Source of the DNA: Tubiluchus corallicola
Lineage: Eukaryota > Animalia > Priapulida
Length of the DNA stretch: 64,000 bases
Assembly (NCBI GenBank): GCA_030141605.1
Contig: JAQGDQ010000143.1
Location: 310,001-374,000 of the forward strand
Reading direction: 5' to 3'
Shown: positions 62,088-64,000 of the stretch, one piece after another
Layout of the letters: the number at the start of each line of letters is the position of its first letter
How positions within the stretch are numbered: position 1 is the first letter of the stretch
Position numbers and translations under genes: made by a program
Notes under the pieces: generated by a model
What the model was told of the DNA's origin: nothing
The model's input: the letters and a program-made list of their open reading frames with translations, nothing else
The model's database searches: none

Positions 62088-63539
62088 CCTCGGAGCAGAA
62101 CAACTTGGAACTAAGAGCTAGAAAGACAGACACGCTACCTGTGGCTATTACATCCTCAGTGTCATTTCTGTTACCTGTACACCATCACAAATTAGCGTCT
62201 CAGAATGGAGGAAATGGCACCCAGAGTAACCTTGCGGTCTATTGTACGCTTTATTGGTCAGTGATAACATAATATTTAAAGAAGGAAATTGGTAGAACGC
62301 AAGCGCCATAGACTTCGCCAGCAGACCGTAACAAGCGCTGTCGGAACTGATAAATTTATTGCATCAAGAAATGGCAAATTGACTGTTTATATTTGCATAC
62401 ACTTTTGCGTCAACTACGCAATGTTGTGCGCAAGTCGGTGAAACTGTTCTTATTCCTAGTCCACACGGTCCTTCAAAAGAATGACATTCAAAATACTGAG
62501 TCTGCCTATACGATCAGTTTTCGCTGACTGTTAGTTTGCACATAATTATTTGCTGAAGTGATGTTCTCTAACTTCTGAATAGCGTCAAGACGGCTTGTAC
62601 AAAATGGCTTTAAACGAGCTTTTTTTAGCATGTGCTGCAAAGGGAAATCGAAATCAAAGAAAAAGAATTGTAAAGAAAAAAACAAGAAGTTATTATCAAA
62701 TAATTCGGCAATTAAAAGCAGAAGCACATATGAATTTTGAAAAAATTTTCGGATAACACCAAGTTTGTTCGATTAATGGATAAATTTTCATCTCTAAACG
62801 ATGCAAAAGTAAATTGTCAGGGCACAACAGCTTGCGCCGTTGCAAGTTAGGTGCCATAGTACGAGCAAAAGTTTCTATACATTTCCCTGTGCAAATCTAT
62901 GAAACTTAATCATTCACGGAAATTTCTGCACTCATGCTTTTACAAAATATAATTTATGCAATCACTTTTTGTTAATAATTCTTTGCTTTTAGTGACAATG
63001 CGCCGTTTACCCACACGCTGTAAAAGGGCTCTTCTAGCGGAGTCAGCAGCGCGCATTATTATTAGCCGTTCATTCCGAGAATGACGAGTGACACTGGCGA
63101 AACCCTGTCGTCTAAATTTGGCACCGTGAGACTTCAATGACATGCAATGTCATTTTCGGCGCGCAACGGTCGAAACACTAACAAACTCGGGAATGACAAA
63201 TGACTGTGTGGCTGCCATCATTAAGAAATAACGCAACGTACGTATTCAACTAAATTGGTTACCTCGTGGAAGAAGGTACGGCATCTTGCAGGTACATGCA
63301 GATTTACATAGTCATTATTGGAGTTCCCCAGCCGGACTGCTTTACTCAACCGATTTAAGTTGTGACGTTTTTTTGCTAGTTATTGGCTAATTATTATTAA
63401 CTATTAAAACCAAAAATTAATTTTCACAAATGATGCACCAAGTCAATAACTAGTTGACTGGCTGACTAACTTACTGACCAGCTCACTGCCTGTTTTACTG
63501 TCTGATTAAAGGGCAGAATGACTCTTCAACTGGCCTATA

Positions 63540-63700
63540 CACCTGCCTACCAACCTATCTACTTACTGACCTTCCCTTCTATCTACATACCCATCTAGCT
63601 GCCTATTTACTTATCTGTCTACCTGCCTACCTACCTACCTGCCTGCCTGCCTGCCCTTCTGCCTATCTACCTATCTATCTACCAACCTATATATCTGCTC
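63540..63700. repeat. Degenerate (CCTA/CCTG/TCTA)n tetranucleotide tract
   Basis: Direct reading. Confidence 0.8.
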
Positions 63701-64000
63701 ACTGCTTTAATTACTTAACAACACAATTACTTGCCTATCTTATTATAAGGTTTGACTAGTTTCGATTCAAAGTGAGTACATTTAGTGTCAAAAGACGTCT
63801 GAAACTCGTAATAATAAAATTTGTAGCCGCATGCATGCAGGCTTTACGCTATAGTTATAATAACGCGGAGTTCATAGTAAAAAACATACAATAAACAATC
63901 ATGGAAAACGAAACACAGGAAGCAAACAATTACAGGACACGAAGGGCAAAAGGGCTGGCAGACATTGTACAGTAAAAAGTATTTTACAACCAGACCAGAA

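Overview
AT-rich eukaryotic (invertebrate-animal-like) genomic DNA with spliceosomal introns. Three protein-coding genes can be assembled by hand. (1) An orphan class A GPCR of the GPR21/GPR52-like type with a single coding exon (30085-31026, +). (2) The DECD-box splicing/mRNA-export helicase UAP56/DDX39B (9 coding exons, 33364-39619, +, 427 aa). (3) A convergent signal-peptide- and GPI-signal-bearing Xaa-Pro aminopeptidase, XPNPEP2-like (18 coding exons, 62087-41235, -, about 717 aa). The first 30 kb has no recognisable host gene. It holds a fold-back (inverted-duplicated) Gypsy LTR remnant, an RTE LINE remnant, a hAT-type MITE, a 3x192-bp tandem repeat and microsatellites. The most unusual signal is the oversized 2.27-kb UAP56 intron at the MQD|PME junction. 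It has a weak donor that reads into a premature stop, an internal array of degenerate ~100-136-nt units with covarying hairpins and a recurring TGGAR motif, and a hairpin plus G-quadruplex-like G-run block just upstream of the 3' splice site. Together these suggest a structured regulatory RNA module. All structures and alignments were done by eye; no database searches were run.
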